Part shown: in pieces, positions 39,922-53,501 of the stretch
Layout: the number at the start of each line of letters is the position of its first letter
Numbering within the stretch: the first letter of the stretch is position 1
NCBI GenBank assembly: GCA_013239625.1
Contig: MU053493.1
Location: 567,793-631,792, forward strand
DNA from: Lama guanicoe
Taxonomy: Eukaryota
Length of the DNA: 64,000 nt
Direction: 5' to 3'
Position numbers and translations under genes: made by a program
Notes under the pieces: generated by a model
What the model was told of the DNA's origin: nothing
The model's database searches: none
The model's input: the letters and a program-made list of their open reading frames with translations, nothing else

Positions 39922-39958
<37 letters not shown>
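39922..39958. repeat. (CA)n microsatellite
   Basis: Uninterrupted CA run. Confidence 0.95.
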
Positions 39959-39960
<2 letters not shown>

Positions 39961-40229
39961 TACTTTAAAGGGAAAAACCTTAGCAAACAAGTTGTCTTTA
40001 TCATGATTGTTTTGATTGTATTACCAAATACAGGTGTGGCAAAATCACAAGTTTTCTCAGTTTTTTTCCATGGCAGTAGACAATATAAACATATCCAGCT
40101 AAAGCAGGATAAACAAAAAAAGAGTATTTCCACATGTTGTGATAGTTCAAAGAACAAGTTAAAGATTTAAAAATTAAACGGCAAATCCCATTTGAGTCCT
40201 CAGTATTTATTTTTTAGCCCCCTCTTGCT

Positions 40230-43200
40230 TTTTCTCTATTTCATTATGAAAAATTTCAAACCAAAGTGTTGAAGGATTGTGTACCCACCACCTAGATTCA
40301 ACAATTAACATCTTACTATATTTGCTGTAGCTAATATCTATCCATATATCCACTTCTACACTCAACCCATCTTATGTTTTATGCACATCAAAGTAAATTG
40401 CAGACTTCAGTACGTATGACCCTATAAATATTAATGACAGTATGTATTTACTAAGATAAAACCTAAATATAGTGAAATGTGCAACTCCTAAGTATGAGTT
40501 TTGACAAATGGGTGAACCCAAGGACCTCAAAACCCTATCAAAATATAGAAAGTTGCCTCATGCTTCTTCCCAGTCATTTCAAAGCAACCAGCAGTCCATT
40601 TCTGAACAATAGATGATTTTGCCTGTTCTTGAAAAGCATATTAATGTAGTCAAACTGTATGCACGATGTTGTGTTAGATTACTATTCATCAGCATAACTT
40701 TTTTGAGGTTGTCCCATGCTGCTGCATCTATCAGTAGTTCATTCCTTTTTGCTGCTGAGTCATAATTCTATTGTACACCAAAGTTTGGGCATTGTGCCTG
40801 TTTCCAGGTGTTTTCTATCATGCATAAGAAGCATGAATCAAAAGATGAGGTCCATCTGAAGATTCACAGACCTAAACTCAGTATGGGGGTGTGGGGTTTT
40901 GTCACCAAAATCCCTCATTCTGAGATCTCTAATTTTGGTGATTTTGACAAGTTGTGTGGTGAGAAAATGCTATGAAATTTGGATGCAGAGAGACAGGATA
41001 TCTGAAACGTGGGCTGTATGTAGAAATGAAGGGCTAAGGATACTTTTTCTCAGATTTTCTTCCTGAAAACAAAGCTGATGACACACCCAAGGGAATGAAA
41101 TATATGTCAGGTTCCTGTTTAAGAAATACTTGCTGTATGCGAAGTCATGAAGTTGTTCTCATATTTTATTTTGGAAATGTTTTTACACTTTACCATTCAT
41201 GTATAGATCTGAAATCCTTCAATAGTTGATTATTTTGCATGGTATAAGGTAGGGACCAAGATACGTATCTCTCTATCTATCAGTCTGCCTATCTATCATC
41301 TATCTGATCTATTTCTTTCCCATACTGATCTAGGAATATTCTTGAAAAGGCTGTTTTCCCACTGCTTTACAGTATAATTGTGTCATCGCTCAGGTGGCCA
41401 CATATGAGTGGACATGTGTCTGTCTACTCTATTTTGTTCCATTCATCTGTTAATCTTGTACCAATAATGCAGGGTCCACTGTATTATATCCAGCCTTGTA
41501 TCTGGTGTGTAATTCCTCCAACTTTGTGTTCTTCCTTCAAATTCTTATGGATTTTCTTGGTCTTGATATTTCTATATAAATTTTGGAATAAGCTTGTCAA
41601 TTTCTGAAACAAATGCTGGAATTTTTATTAGGATTGCATTGAAAGGGTAGACAGGTAAAAGGTATTTGATTTTTGAGGCTATTGTAAATTTTCAGTTATT
41701 ATAAATGAATTGTTATTACTAGTGTCTGGTTATATTTACCCTAGGTGAGTGTGTGTTTGTGTCTTGTATATCCTGGTAGGGACCATTTTTCCTTAGATTT
41801 TTGGCTAGTTTGTTGTCCAACCTTAGCACTCCAATGTATTCAAAAAATAATTATGACACCAATTTGATCAGGCTTTTTTTTTTTAACTTTAAGGGTGGGA
41901 GTGATATAAGCTTAATGCTTCCTGGGTGGAAACACAAAGTTGATTTTCAATCTCTGTGTTTTCATTTGAGTAATTAGTCCACTTATACTTAATGTAATTA
42001 CTATCATATTTGGGTTTCACTTTGTTTATATTTCTTCTCTCCTTTCTTGAATCTTTAGTTTAAAATCAATAAAATATTATAGTAATTCATTTTTACCTCT
42101 AAAATTATTATTTATATATTATTATTATTGTCATTGGGCATCTAATGGATTACAATATGCTCTTTTAGCATAACAAATCATAATATGATTTGTTGTCATC
42201 TTCCCAGTAATGACAAAAACATGGAATATTTCAACTCTAGTTTTCCAGTTTTCTCCCTTTTGCATGATCATTTTCTCACGTTTTGATTCTACCTATATTT
42301 TGAGTCCTATAAGATCTTAGTATCATTGTTTTGTATACCAATGCCCACTGATACTTAACCATCTATTTAGCCTGTCTTTTGTCCTTCTTATCTTCTTGTA
42401 TTTCCAGTGTTTCTCTTGGGGATTGTTCTGCCCAAAGAAGTCCTTTTGTTTTTATATTTTAGTAAAGGTATGTTGGCAATTTTTTTTCTGAAAACTTGTT
42501 CATTTTACCTTAATTTTAAAGGATATTTCCACTGAATATAGAATTCTTGGATATCCATTATTTCTTTTTTACTTATGAAAAGACATTCCATTGTTTCCTG
42601 GCTTCAATTATTTCTGTTTGGAAATCTGTCTGTTTTATTGTTGCTCCTTTAGACATAATGTGTCTGTTTTTATCTGGCTTCTTTCAAAATTTTCCTCATT
42701 ACATCGGTATTCAGTGTTTCTACTGGGTGTGCCACAGGCATGGTTTTTCTCTGTATCCTGCTTGATTTTCACTGGACTTCTTTAATCTGTTGATTGATAT
42801 TTTCATCAGATTTTGGAAAATTTCAAGGCATTATTCCTTTAAATATTGCTTTGGGCCCCAATTTCTTTCTTTTCAACTTTGTAGATTTTAATTCTAAATG
42901 TGTTAGATATTTTCACTGTGTTCTTGAAGCCTCAAATATAAATTTTCAATTATTTATTCTTTGTAATTATTTTTGTATATTTGCTATTGGTTCATCCTCC
43001 TATTTCTCACTCAGTCACTCAAGCTGTTATTCTATACATGGAACTCTTAATTTTAGCTATTGTATCTTTTATTTCTACAATTTTATTGGGGTGTTCTATG
43101 TATCCTTTATCTTTGAAAACTTCTCACATTTTCATCTCTTTTTATGTTTTTCTCTATTTTAATTAACACTTTAATGAAAATCAGAACTGAGAATATCAAC
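40230..43200 (-). mobile_element. Ancient minus-strand L1 fragments (3'UTR, ORF2 and ORF1 pieces)
   Basis: 'ctatataaattttggaataagcttgtcaatttc...ggaatttttattaggattgcattgaa' (ORF2); 'aaaggatatttccactgaatatagaattcttgg...gattttggaaaatttcaaggcattatt' (ORF1). Confidence 0.7.
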
Positions 43201-43314
43201 TTACCATGTTCCTCAACACCTGTGTAAAAATTTCTCACTAGTTTAAAATATATGTCCTTCTAAGGTGTCAATTATTTCAAAAGTACAGTTTTAAGTATAC
43301 TTCAAGAAGTACAG

Positions 43315-43428
43315 CAATAATAAGATAGGACAAGGATATATTGTACAACACGGGGAATAGAGCCGTTATTTTGTAATAACTGTAAATGGAAACGTAACCT
43401 TTAAAATTGTACATAAATAAATAAAATA
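43315..43428 (+). mobile_element. Short L1 3' tail
   Basis: 'caaggatatattgtacaacacggggaatagagccgttattttgtaataactgtaaatgg...taaataaataaa'. Confidence 0.7.
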
Positions 43429-44899
43429 CTATGATAATGTTTGAGATAATATTATGAAAAAATGACATAAGTGTCATTGTTTGCTTATATATATTTTTTA
43501 AAATACCAGAGAATGGTATTTGAGACAGATATGGCTAAGAAATAGACTACAGTGTTTGAATGCATAGTAAAAGTAATTCGCTTATATAATTTTTTCAGTG
43601 TTTGGGAAAACCATTAAAGAAGGATATCAGAATGGGTTAATTCAAGCTATCAGTGTTTTTTCAAATTGGCAGTTTAAAATGAGACAGTGATCTTTATGAG
43701 ACAGTGATCTCAGCTGACACCTTCCTGGAGACAATCCCACTGGTTTTTCTGGAGAGACAGGCTGTGGGCAGAAAGAACGTTTACAGTGCAAACAAAACGC
43801 TGTATGGACTCGTCAGAACGAGGGGCTCCCCTCTTCCCTTTACCCCTATGTGCCCTCTGTGTGTCTCTTTCCAAACATTGTTCTCTGTAGCCAAATATGG
43901 AGAAGTAGACCTGAACATTGCTTTACATGGAAGAACCACTTTAAAAAACAAACAAACAAATAAAAAAAAAAAACCCTGGTCCCAGTTTTACATGTTTTGG
44001 CTTGTAAATGTGTGAATCACATAACATGTCCCCAGCAGCTGCCCCTTCCTGAAGCCAGAAAATGTTTCTAGGAATGAGCACATGGGATAAGGAGAGGGAC
44101 GAACAGGACACAGATTATATTGTGGGGCCAGTGCTCTTTGTAAGCCAGAGCCCTTTTATTCATGAGAAGTTGCTAACGCTTCGTATTTTTCTCGGCCATT
44201 ACCTTAATACTTATGCAATTCCATATTTCATGAATTATTTCAAATCACTGGTTTTCGCAGTGTTTCTGAACACACTACAGACACCTTCATCAGGGACGGA
44301 TTAATCCATTTCAAAGCCTGGTGACTACAGTGCATGTCAGCAGGGAAACAGGTGGTAACAGTAAGTAAATGTTGAGCCATATTTTGTTCCATCTCCATAG
44401 CAACAGGACAGAGAAAAGGTCTATTAGGATACATAGATTCCAGCAAGGAGGAAAAGGCAAGGAGATGCTCCTTCTTTTTTTCCATGTATCCCCAGTCTCA
44501 TTTCTCCCCTTTTCGTCTAGAAAAATAAAATGAATAAAAGAAGCAGGGAACACTAGTACAGAGGAATCTATTTATTACACAAAGAACATTATGCAGGCTC
44601 TGTGGAGCTATCTCAAGACCAGGCATGTCCTTCTTGTCTCCTGCTCACAAGCAACAGGTTGTACAATCAGTACCACTTATCGATTCCCACTTTCCTATCA
44701 GAATATTTTATTGCCCCAACCAACGTGTAAACTTGAAAGTGAGCCAAACGGATGGACGCCACACCCAAGCATCAGCCTGGGAGCCACCTTGTGCTTCTAT
44801 GATGGCTTTTGTCCCTTCTGTCACCAGAACAGCATGCCCTTCACTCCAGATCCCCGCATACAGATGCTGTGTGGAGAACCACACTGGATCTCCATCATA

Positions 44900-46615
44900 C
44901 ACACAGCCACGATTTTGTGCGAATAACAAAATAATGTTTGTAATTCCGAATACCTGAGATTTTAGGTCAGTTCTTATCATAACAGTAACTTAGTGACAAT
45001 GAAATGAACAAAGACATCGCACCAGTTATGAGGTGCCACCAGAACAAAAAACTAAAATATTTGTAACAGGTCCATCCAAGAGTCAGTTACAAAGCTGTTA
45101 TTGATATCGAGAAAATGGACTGGCCCGTGTTTTTGTTGATAAAACACTTGCTAAAACTGTTGTGTGTGATAACTTGGAATAAGCTTATGAGCTTAGGCAA
45201 TCAGATTGGGAACGTGAACATTACTGCCAGGACATGGCTATTACCGGTTACTCTAGAAAAGGTACTGTAAGAAAGAGACAGTTTCAGAAAACAACCTATG
45301 GATTTGACAGCAAAGTTGCAAGCTGGGATCATTTATCTTCTCCAAACAATGAAAGGTGAAATTGGAAACAAAACTCAGTGTTAGAGTAAAGACCAGAGCA
45401 CACTCTGTTACAACCTCTGAACTGATTAAAGGGACATTCAGTGAACAGCTTTAGTTGTACAAAATGTCTCAGGGAACAACAACAACAAAAAAAATACTAA
45501 GAGTTGGACTCTTTCTTGGAAGCCTAACTACCTCAAGTTACATCAACTTACCTCAGGTAAGGTACAGGTGAAGCACAACTTGGAAAGGTTTGTGGCTGTG
45601 ACTATTGGCACATTAGAATCACACAAAATAAAAGCTAACTACACTGTGAGACAATTGTACTGTCAAAAAGCCACCAGCCTATTAAAATAGCCTGTGGATG
45701 TTTGAGACTTAGAATAATCATTGGGCCCCCAATGATTCTGTTAACCCCCAAAGAAGGAATATTCTTGAATACCCTACTCCAATGTGGACAAGTAGGGTGA
45801 TGGAGAACTATGGTCCACTGAGAGGGTAGAGCCAAGAATCAGAGACTGGATCCCTGAACCAAGGGAGAACACACTGGGTCTAGTGGAAGAAAATTGTCTA
45901 CCAGCTAGCTGGAGGTTGGGGGGAGACCTCATGCCCATCAAGAAAGACTTTAAACTTCCTGCAGTTTAAGCTGAGTGCATTCCAATCTCCTTCTTTCTGA
46001 AGGAGAGTATTTACTGAGATGACCTTGTGCCAATATTGTTGATTGTGTGTGGAGTAAAGAGCTTATCTTTTTATATATCTCTGGATAATGTAGAATTAAT
46101 ATCGTGTGGAGTGCTATTATGAGATCCAGGACTTTGTCTGATAGTACCATTAGATGGGACTTTGGAGATTTCACTTATTGTAGGAAGTGAATTCTGCACA
46201 CTTCAGGAAATGAAGTAATTTTTTTTATAACAAAGACTGGATTGTGGTAGATTCCACTGTTGTTCCCAATTGTTCCTCTTCCACCTCTCTGCAAAAAAAA
46301 AAAAAAAGAATATACTCTACTTCCCATAGACACTGGGTTTGGCCATTGTACTGTGTTTGCATTGTGAGCTGAAGTGCTGAATGCTGCATCCAACCAGACA
46401 CTTGAAGACCTATCTAAAGATGTAGGATTGCTTTCCTTTATGCTATGAGAATGTGATGTTTTCTTCCTGGATTCCAGAATATACACAAAGCTAAGTTGTA
46501 TTTGACCACTGCTGATATATACATTAGCCAGAAACACATGTTTTGATTGTAATTCAGTGAAACTTTGGGAGTCTCTGATACTGTGGTCTAACTTAATGAA
46601 AGCTGACTTATGAAA
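44900..46615 (+). mobile_element. Decayed MaLR element with internal region (MLT1J-like LTR-int-LTR)
   Basis: LTR end 'cctgagattttaggtcagttcttatcataacag'; internal start 'caccagttatgaggtgccaccagaacaaaaaactaaaatat'; second LTR from 'tgtggtagatt' (46243) to 'aaagctgacttatga'. Confidence 0.6.
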
Positions 46616-47459
46616 GTGCCATAGACTTCATTTGTTCAGCTTTGTTATCAGGAACAAAATCTGAGAAAAGGGGGCCTCAATACTTCCTTTTGTCATATAG
46701 CTCAAGTCTCAGACATCCTGGCATCTCTCTGTATTTTTTTTTTTATCTCAAGGGAAAAAAATGGGTCGTGAGAGATCCCGTGTGATTTGCCCTATGAGAG
46801 GGGAGCCCTGTGCAGGGTGTCTGAGCTAGAGGGGCAAAAGGAAGGAATGAGGGTGTTGGAGCCTGGCAGGGGGTGGGGTCTGAGCCAGGTGAGAAGGCAC
46901 ATAGCGAGGAGGGCAGACACCGTGGGAGACCAGTTATATACCGCAGATGAATTAAGTGTGTGTGTATTTTAAGAATAATGGAAACCAAGACCTTGGACAG
47001 TAAGATTGCACATATTGCCCTGTGCTGGACACAGTCCTTGGACATTTTCCTCACAGGGTTAGGACTCCAGCACCCTGGGCTGGACCATCACAACTATCTG
47101 CAAAGCCTTCTTATGCTCAGACACAAATACATGTCCGCCTTCCCCTTCACAATCTTCCTCATCCTCTCCTATGCTTTGAGGAGAAAATTCAGGCACTCAG
47201 TACAACCCAGCTGTGCCCACAGTTAGGGTGTGTGTTCTATAAAGGACCCTGCCCCTCTGCAGCCCCCCACACATTCTCCCAGAGACCTGCTACCAATTTC
47301 TTTCCTCAAGAATTAAAACAAATCACTTTTAACAAATATAAGACTGGACACTAGGTTATGCAAGAGACTTACAATGAAACACCTTGATTTTTATGAGTTG
47401 ACACTTGATAGCCTGTATCTCTCAGGAGTTCTGGGGTTCAGAGATTTAAAATGAGGACT

Positions 47460-48220
47460 GTCAGAACTGCCATCATTAAAAAGTCCACAAATGATAAATG
47501 CTGGAGAGGATGTAGAATAAAGGGAACCCTCCTACACTGTTGGTGGGAATGTAGTTTGGTGTAACATTATGGAAAACAGTATGGAGATTCCTCAAAAAAC
47601 TAAAAATAGACTTACCATATGATCCAGCAATCCCACTCCTGGGTATATACCCAGAGGGAACCTTAATTCAAAAAAATACATACACCCCAGTGTTCACAGC
47701 AGCACTATTTACAATAGCCAAGACATGGAAACAACCTAAATGCCCATCAATAGATGACTGGATAAAGAAGTTGAGGTATATTTCTACAATGGAATACTAC
47801 TTAGCCATAAAAAAGAATAAAATAATGCCATTTGTAGCAACATTGAAGGGCCTGAAGATTGTCATTCTAAGTGAAGTAAGCCAGAAAGAGAAAGAAAAAT
47901 ATCATATGATATCACTTATATGTGGACTCTAAAACAAGACAAATGAACTTATTTACAAAACAGAAACAGACTCACAGATATAGAAAACAAATTTATGGTC
48001 ACCAGAGGGGGAAGTGGGTAGGAAGGGATAAATTGGGAGTTTGAGATTTGCAGATACTAACTAATCTATATAAAATAGATAAATAACAAGTTTATACTGT
48101 GTAGCACAGGGAACTCTATTCAATATCTTATAGTAACTCATGGTGAAAAAGAATATGAAAATGAATATATGCATGTTCATGTATGATTGAAGCATTATGC
48201 TGTACACCAGAAATTGACAC
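47460..48220 (+). mobile_element. Lineage-specific L1 3' end
   Basis: ORF 47690..47932 is the ORF2 C-terminus; 3'UTR up to 'ccagaaattgacac'; final poly(A) missing. Confidence 0.92.
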
Positions 48221-48229
48221 AAATATATA

Positions 48230-49060
48230 AATATGTAAAATGTGGACTTTGTGCAGAAGAATTCCAAACAATTTATAGAGATGTTCCACTCTCATGGAGA
48301 GGAAGCAAAATTCTCCACCCCATACATGGGCTGCCCGAAGCGACTTCCTTTCAAAGATGACAGCGCTTAACTTAGAGTGGGGCCACCTAGGCCAGCACCT
48401 AGGTGGTCAAGGGCAACACCAGCAGTGCTCAACTACACTGAATGTGTTAGCCTTTGATAGGATGTGCTAGAGACAGCACCTCACCTCTGTGGTCCTCCTC
48501 CCCAAGCCCATAACCCCAACTCAGCCATGAGGAAAACAGCAGCTAAATTTCAGCAGAGGGCTATGCTGCAAAGTACCTGATCAGTATTACTCAAAACTCT
48601 CAAGGTCACCACAAATTCAGAAAGTATCGCAGCCAAGAGGAGCCCAAGGGACATGATGACTAACTACTGTTTAGTGTCCTGGAACAGAAAGAGAACATTA
48701 GATAAAACTAAGCTAATGTCTTCAAGATGATGTCTCACATGTACTGGCTTCTTGGCAAAATTAATTTACCTTTTCATTATTATTTACTGAGTGAGTCAGC
48801 ATTTCATTTGTATGGATTTTATCCAGCAACGAGGAGGGAACAACACAAAAAAATCTAATTAAAAAAGATAAAGCTGCTGTATGACTGAAAAATAATAATA
48901 AGGAAGGTAGCATACATGAGCTTTAGTCATTAGTAATGGTTCAATATTGGTCCATTAGCTGTGACTAAGGTACCGCACTAATTGAAGGTATGAGTAATAT
49001 GGACAAGAGGCTGTGTTGTGTGTGGGGACTCTCAGTACTCGCTCTTCAACACTTCTGATA
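48230..49060 (+). mobile_element. Old L1MC-like 3'UTR fragments
   Basis: 'cacctcacctctgtggtcctcctccccaagcccataacccc...ctcaaaactctcaaggtca...cctggaacagaaagagaacattag'. Confidence 0.6.
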
Positions 49061-49569
49061 GTCCCTTCCCATCCTTTCCCCACCAATGAGTCACAGAAGG
49101 CACAACACAGGAAGGAGCAGTGCTCCTGGAAAACTCTGCAACACAGAAAGGCACCTCTTTTTCACCTCACTCCACTGCAAGATGGCAAAGGCAGGAAGAA
49201 GACTCTACCAGGCACAAGAAAGAGTGGGCGAGCACCAGGAGGACTCCTCCCAGCCCAGGACAAAACCCACTTGCCTCCTACACATGCAAGTTGCCCATCA
49301 AAGGTTTTCCAAATCATAACTCCACATAGTTTTACCTGAAAAATAAGGCTTTTCTTAGAGGACACCAATTTCAAAGTGTCTCTGTCCTGGTCTGATGTAC
49401 ACAGCCTGTTGTCAGCACTTTATCCACATCCCTCTGCCAGGTATGGAGTCTGGAACTTTGCAGGAGGAACAGTGAGTTGGACCAAGATTCAGTCCCAAAG
49501 CCCTGAAAGGTCCTCTGTACCTAGCTATTGGTCCTCTCTAGCCAAGAATTATTCTGACATCTGACACTA

Positions 49570-50000
49570 TAGGTTTGTTTGGAATGTTTTTGAGCTTCCC
49601 ATGAACAGGATCATGCAGTATGTGGTCCTTTTCATTCAACATTTTGTCCATGAGATTAGTCCATGTTATTACAGGTACCTATGGTTTTATTTTAGTTTTT
49701 CTCATTGCTGTCCCATATTCCATTGCGTGACTATGCATGATTTATTGCCCCATGATACTGCTGATGGATAGTAAGTTTCCAGCTTCTGGCTAATAGAAAT
49801 AAAGTTGCTATCAACATTGTTGAAAATATTTTTTGATGAACGTAAGCAATCATGTCCTTTGAGTATGTAGTCAGGATGGAATTTCCTGGGTTACAGGGTA
49901 TGTGTGTATTTAGTTTTACTAGATACTACCAAACATTTTCTCACAAGGTGCTGAATCACTTTTCACACCCACCAGCAGTATACGGGAGTTCAATTTCCTC
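49570..50000 (-). mobile_element. Ancient L1ME-like 3' fragment
   Basis: 'tcatgcagtatgtgg...cattcaacatt...ggatggaatttcctgggttacagggtatgtg...cacccaccagcagtat'. Confidence 0.65.
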
Positions 50001-52156
50001 TATAAATGGCATGGGGGACTTTGCTGCTTCATTTCTGTGCACTTGACAGACAAAGTTTCTTGAATTAGAAGCAGAAATGAGGCTTAAAGTAAACCCACAT
50101 CTTCCCCTCCAGGAGCTCCACCAGCTTCCTCAGAGTGAGTATATCTGAAAGACCCAACTCAGCCCTGTTTGGGGAGGGTGGGGAGGAATGCAACTATTAT
50201 GAAACACACCCAGAGCCTTCTCCACAGGGTAGCCACTCCCCAGGGGAAAGGACTTCACTAGGGCACAATTCTGAAACCTTATCCCAGCTTGTGGGTCAGG
50301 GAACCACTCTCCACTTCAGCCCCCACCAGCCTTTCTGTCTCACCTAAAGGAAAAAAAAACAAAACAAAACAGAAACTGCAGTCAACAGCAATACAAGGAA
50401 ATACATTCAATTCAAGGGGTGCTATAACCAGTGGGGGAAGTAGGGCATCAAGCCACAGGGAAGAGGGAAGCTTTACTACTATATGAAGGACAGAAACACT
50501 TTGTGAAGTCCACAGCCCTCAGACACAAGCAAACTAAAATATTCACTCAGAAGACTATCGAATGCCCTCCACCCTTCCAGGCCTTATGATCACACCAAGG
50601 CAGTCTCAATATAAAGAAGTGAAACTGAAACATCTGTGAGGTACAAATGTGTTCTAAACAGTGAGACATAGGGATTCCCAAAGCTAAAAGAGGAGACAGA
50701 AACAAGATCACTGAAGGAATTTTGAAGCCTCTGGTACATACAGCTACAACAAACATTAAACAAAACCCAACTTCCGACCAGATTAACACAAATCCTCACA
50801 CTAAAGTCCTTCAGGTCCTATTAGCTGATATAAGATGTCTAGCTTTCAATGAAAATAAATCCCATGTCAAAAGGCAAGAAAAAACACAGAACTGCACAGA
50901 CAACATTATCGTCAGATCCAGACTCAGATATGACACAGATGTTGGAATTACCAGGCAAGGAATTTAAAGTATCTATGATTAATATATTAAGGGCTCTAAT
51001 GGAAAAAGTAGACAACGTGCAAGAAGAAACAGGCAATGGAAGCAGAGAGATGGAAACTAAGGAAGGAATCAAAGGAGAATACCAGAGATGGCAAACACAG
51101 TAGAAGAAATGAAGAATGTCTCTGACAGGCTTTTGACATGGTGGAGGAAGGGATCGGCGACCTGGAGGGTAAGTTAATGGAAATCTTCTGACCGAAGTGC
51201 AAAGAGGGAAAAACCAAAAATAGGAATGAACAACAATAGCAACAAAAGAATAGAACATTCAAGAACTTCATGACAATATTCAAAGGAATAACCTACTTGT
51301 GACTGGAGTACCAGAATGATAACAAAGAGGTAATAGAGAAAATAAATATTTGACATAAAAAAACTTACCTATAAAAGAGTGAAGATAAGAATTACAGTGG
51401 AAAACAACAAATATGGTTCCTTACAAACCTCTAACCAGGGCAGCTGGAAGGTACAAATAAACAGTATCAGAAATGAAAGGGAGAAAATCACTTCTGATCA
51501 CATGGACATTAAAAGGATAATAAGGGCATGGCATGAAGAATTCTATGCACGTCGATTTGATTACTTAGGTGAAATGGATGAATTACTTGAAAGAGACAAC
51601 TACTGAAACTCTGTCAGGAGAAACAGATAACCTGAGTAGTCCTATGTCTATGTAAAATAAATTGACTTGATAATTAAAACCTTCTGGAAAAGAAGGCATC
51701 AGGATCAGATGAATTTTAACATTTAAGGAAGAAATAATACCACTTTATACAACATCTTCCCTAAAACAGAAGCAGTAGGAGCACTTCCCAGCACATGTTG
51801 TGAGACTAGCATTTCACTAATACTAAAACCACACAAATTATTGCAAGAAAATAAAACTAAAGGCCAATATCCTTCATGAACATAGATGCAAGTACCCTTA
51901 AAAATATGTTATCCAGTAATATACATGTAAAAGATTATATAGCACAGCCAGGGGAGATTAATTTCAGAAAGGCAAGGTAGGTTCAAAATTTGTAAATCAA
52001 TCTATGTAATTCATCATATTAACATTCAGTCTGTTTCAGAAAAATATAATCATATCAATAGACACATTAAAAGTATTTGACAAAATTCAATACCTATCAT
52101 AATAAAAATTCTAAGAAATCTAGGAATAGAAAGGAATTCCTCTACTCTTAACAAAG

Positions 52157-52230
52157 CATATATATATATATATTATGTGTATGTATATATATATATGTAT
52201 ATATATATACATACACATAATATATATATG
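52157..52230. repeat. Palindromic TA-rich microsatellite
   Basis: catatatat...attatgtgtatgtatat...atatacatacacataatatatatatg is a near-perfect inverted repeat. Confidence 0.9.
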
Positions 52231-52785
52231 AAAATCTACATCTAAAATCTAAATCAAACTTCATCATGGTGAAAGACTGAATGGTTTCCTTTCATGGCCA
52301 GGAAAAGGACAAGGATTTCCTCTCATCAGTCTTACTCAACATTGTTCTGGATGTCCTACCTATTGTAATAGGACAAAAATAAATATAAAGCATACAAATT
52401 GAAAAGAAATAGATAGAGAAGTCTTTATTCACAGATGACAAAAGGATATACAAATTATCAAAGAATTTACAAAAATGCTTTCAGAACTAAGAAACAAGCA
52501 TAAAACAGTTGCAAGACACAACTGCTTTCCTATAAATCAAAAATTAACCATTGTTCCTTGAAATTTAAAAGAACACTATCTACAATGACACCAAAAACTG
52601 AAGTACTTAGGTGTAAGTCAGTATGGGATATCTATGTATAGGGTCATTAAAGAAATCAAGTAACAGTTAACTAAATGGAGAGGCATCCACCATTCACGGT
52701 TTATAATGTTCAGTGTTGCTAAAATGTCAGTTCTTCTGAACTTGATATATAGACTCAAAGAAATCCCAATCAAAATCCTGAGAAG

Positions 52786-53501
52786 TACACTGTTGGTGGG
52801 AATGCAGTTTGGTGCAGCCATTAAGGAAAATAGTATGACAATTCCTTAAAAAACTAAAAATAGACATACCATATAACACAGTAATCCCACTCTTGGGCAT
52901 ATGTCTGGAGAGAACTCGAATTTGAAAAGATACATGCACCCCAATGTTCAAAGCAGCACTATATACAATAGCCAAGACATGGAAGCAACCTAAATGTCCA
53001 TTGACAGATGACTAGATAAAGAAGTTGTGACATATATACAATGGAATAGTACTTAGTCATAAAAAAGAATAAACTAATGCCATGTGCAGCAACATGGATG
53101 GACTAGAAGATTATCATTCTAAGTGAAGCAAGCCAGAAAGAGAAAGAAAAGTCCTATATGATATCATTTATATGTGGAATTTAAAAAGCACACAAATAAA
53201 CTTATTTACAAAACAGAAACAGATTTACATAGAAAACAAAATTATGGTTACCAGTGAGGGAACAGGGTGGGAAGGTATAAATTGAGATTTTGACATTTGC
53301 AGATACTAACTACTATATATAAAATAGATAAACAACAAATTTGTACTGTATAGCACAGGGAATTATATTTAATATCTTGTAGTAACCTATAATGAAAAAG
53401 AATATGAAAATGAATATATGTATGTATTTGTTTGACTGAAACATTATGGTGTACACCAGAAATTGACACACCATTGTAAACTGACTATACTTCAATTAAA
53501 A
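52786..53501 (+). mobile_element. Nested lineage-specific L1 3' end
   Basis: 'tacactgttggtgggaatgcagtttggtgcagcc...actgactatacttcaatt'; diverged TSD aaaatcctgagaag (52772-52785) / aaaatcccaggaag (53502-53515); host ORF2 resumes afterwards. Confidence 0.9.

Noticed and set aside
40902..40941. Hairpin TCACCAAAAT...ATTTTGGTGA as a miRNA or terminator
   Set aside because: A 10-bp stem with a 20-nt loop is too short for a pre-miRNA and plausible by chance
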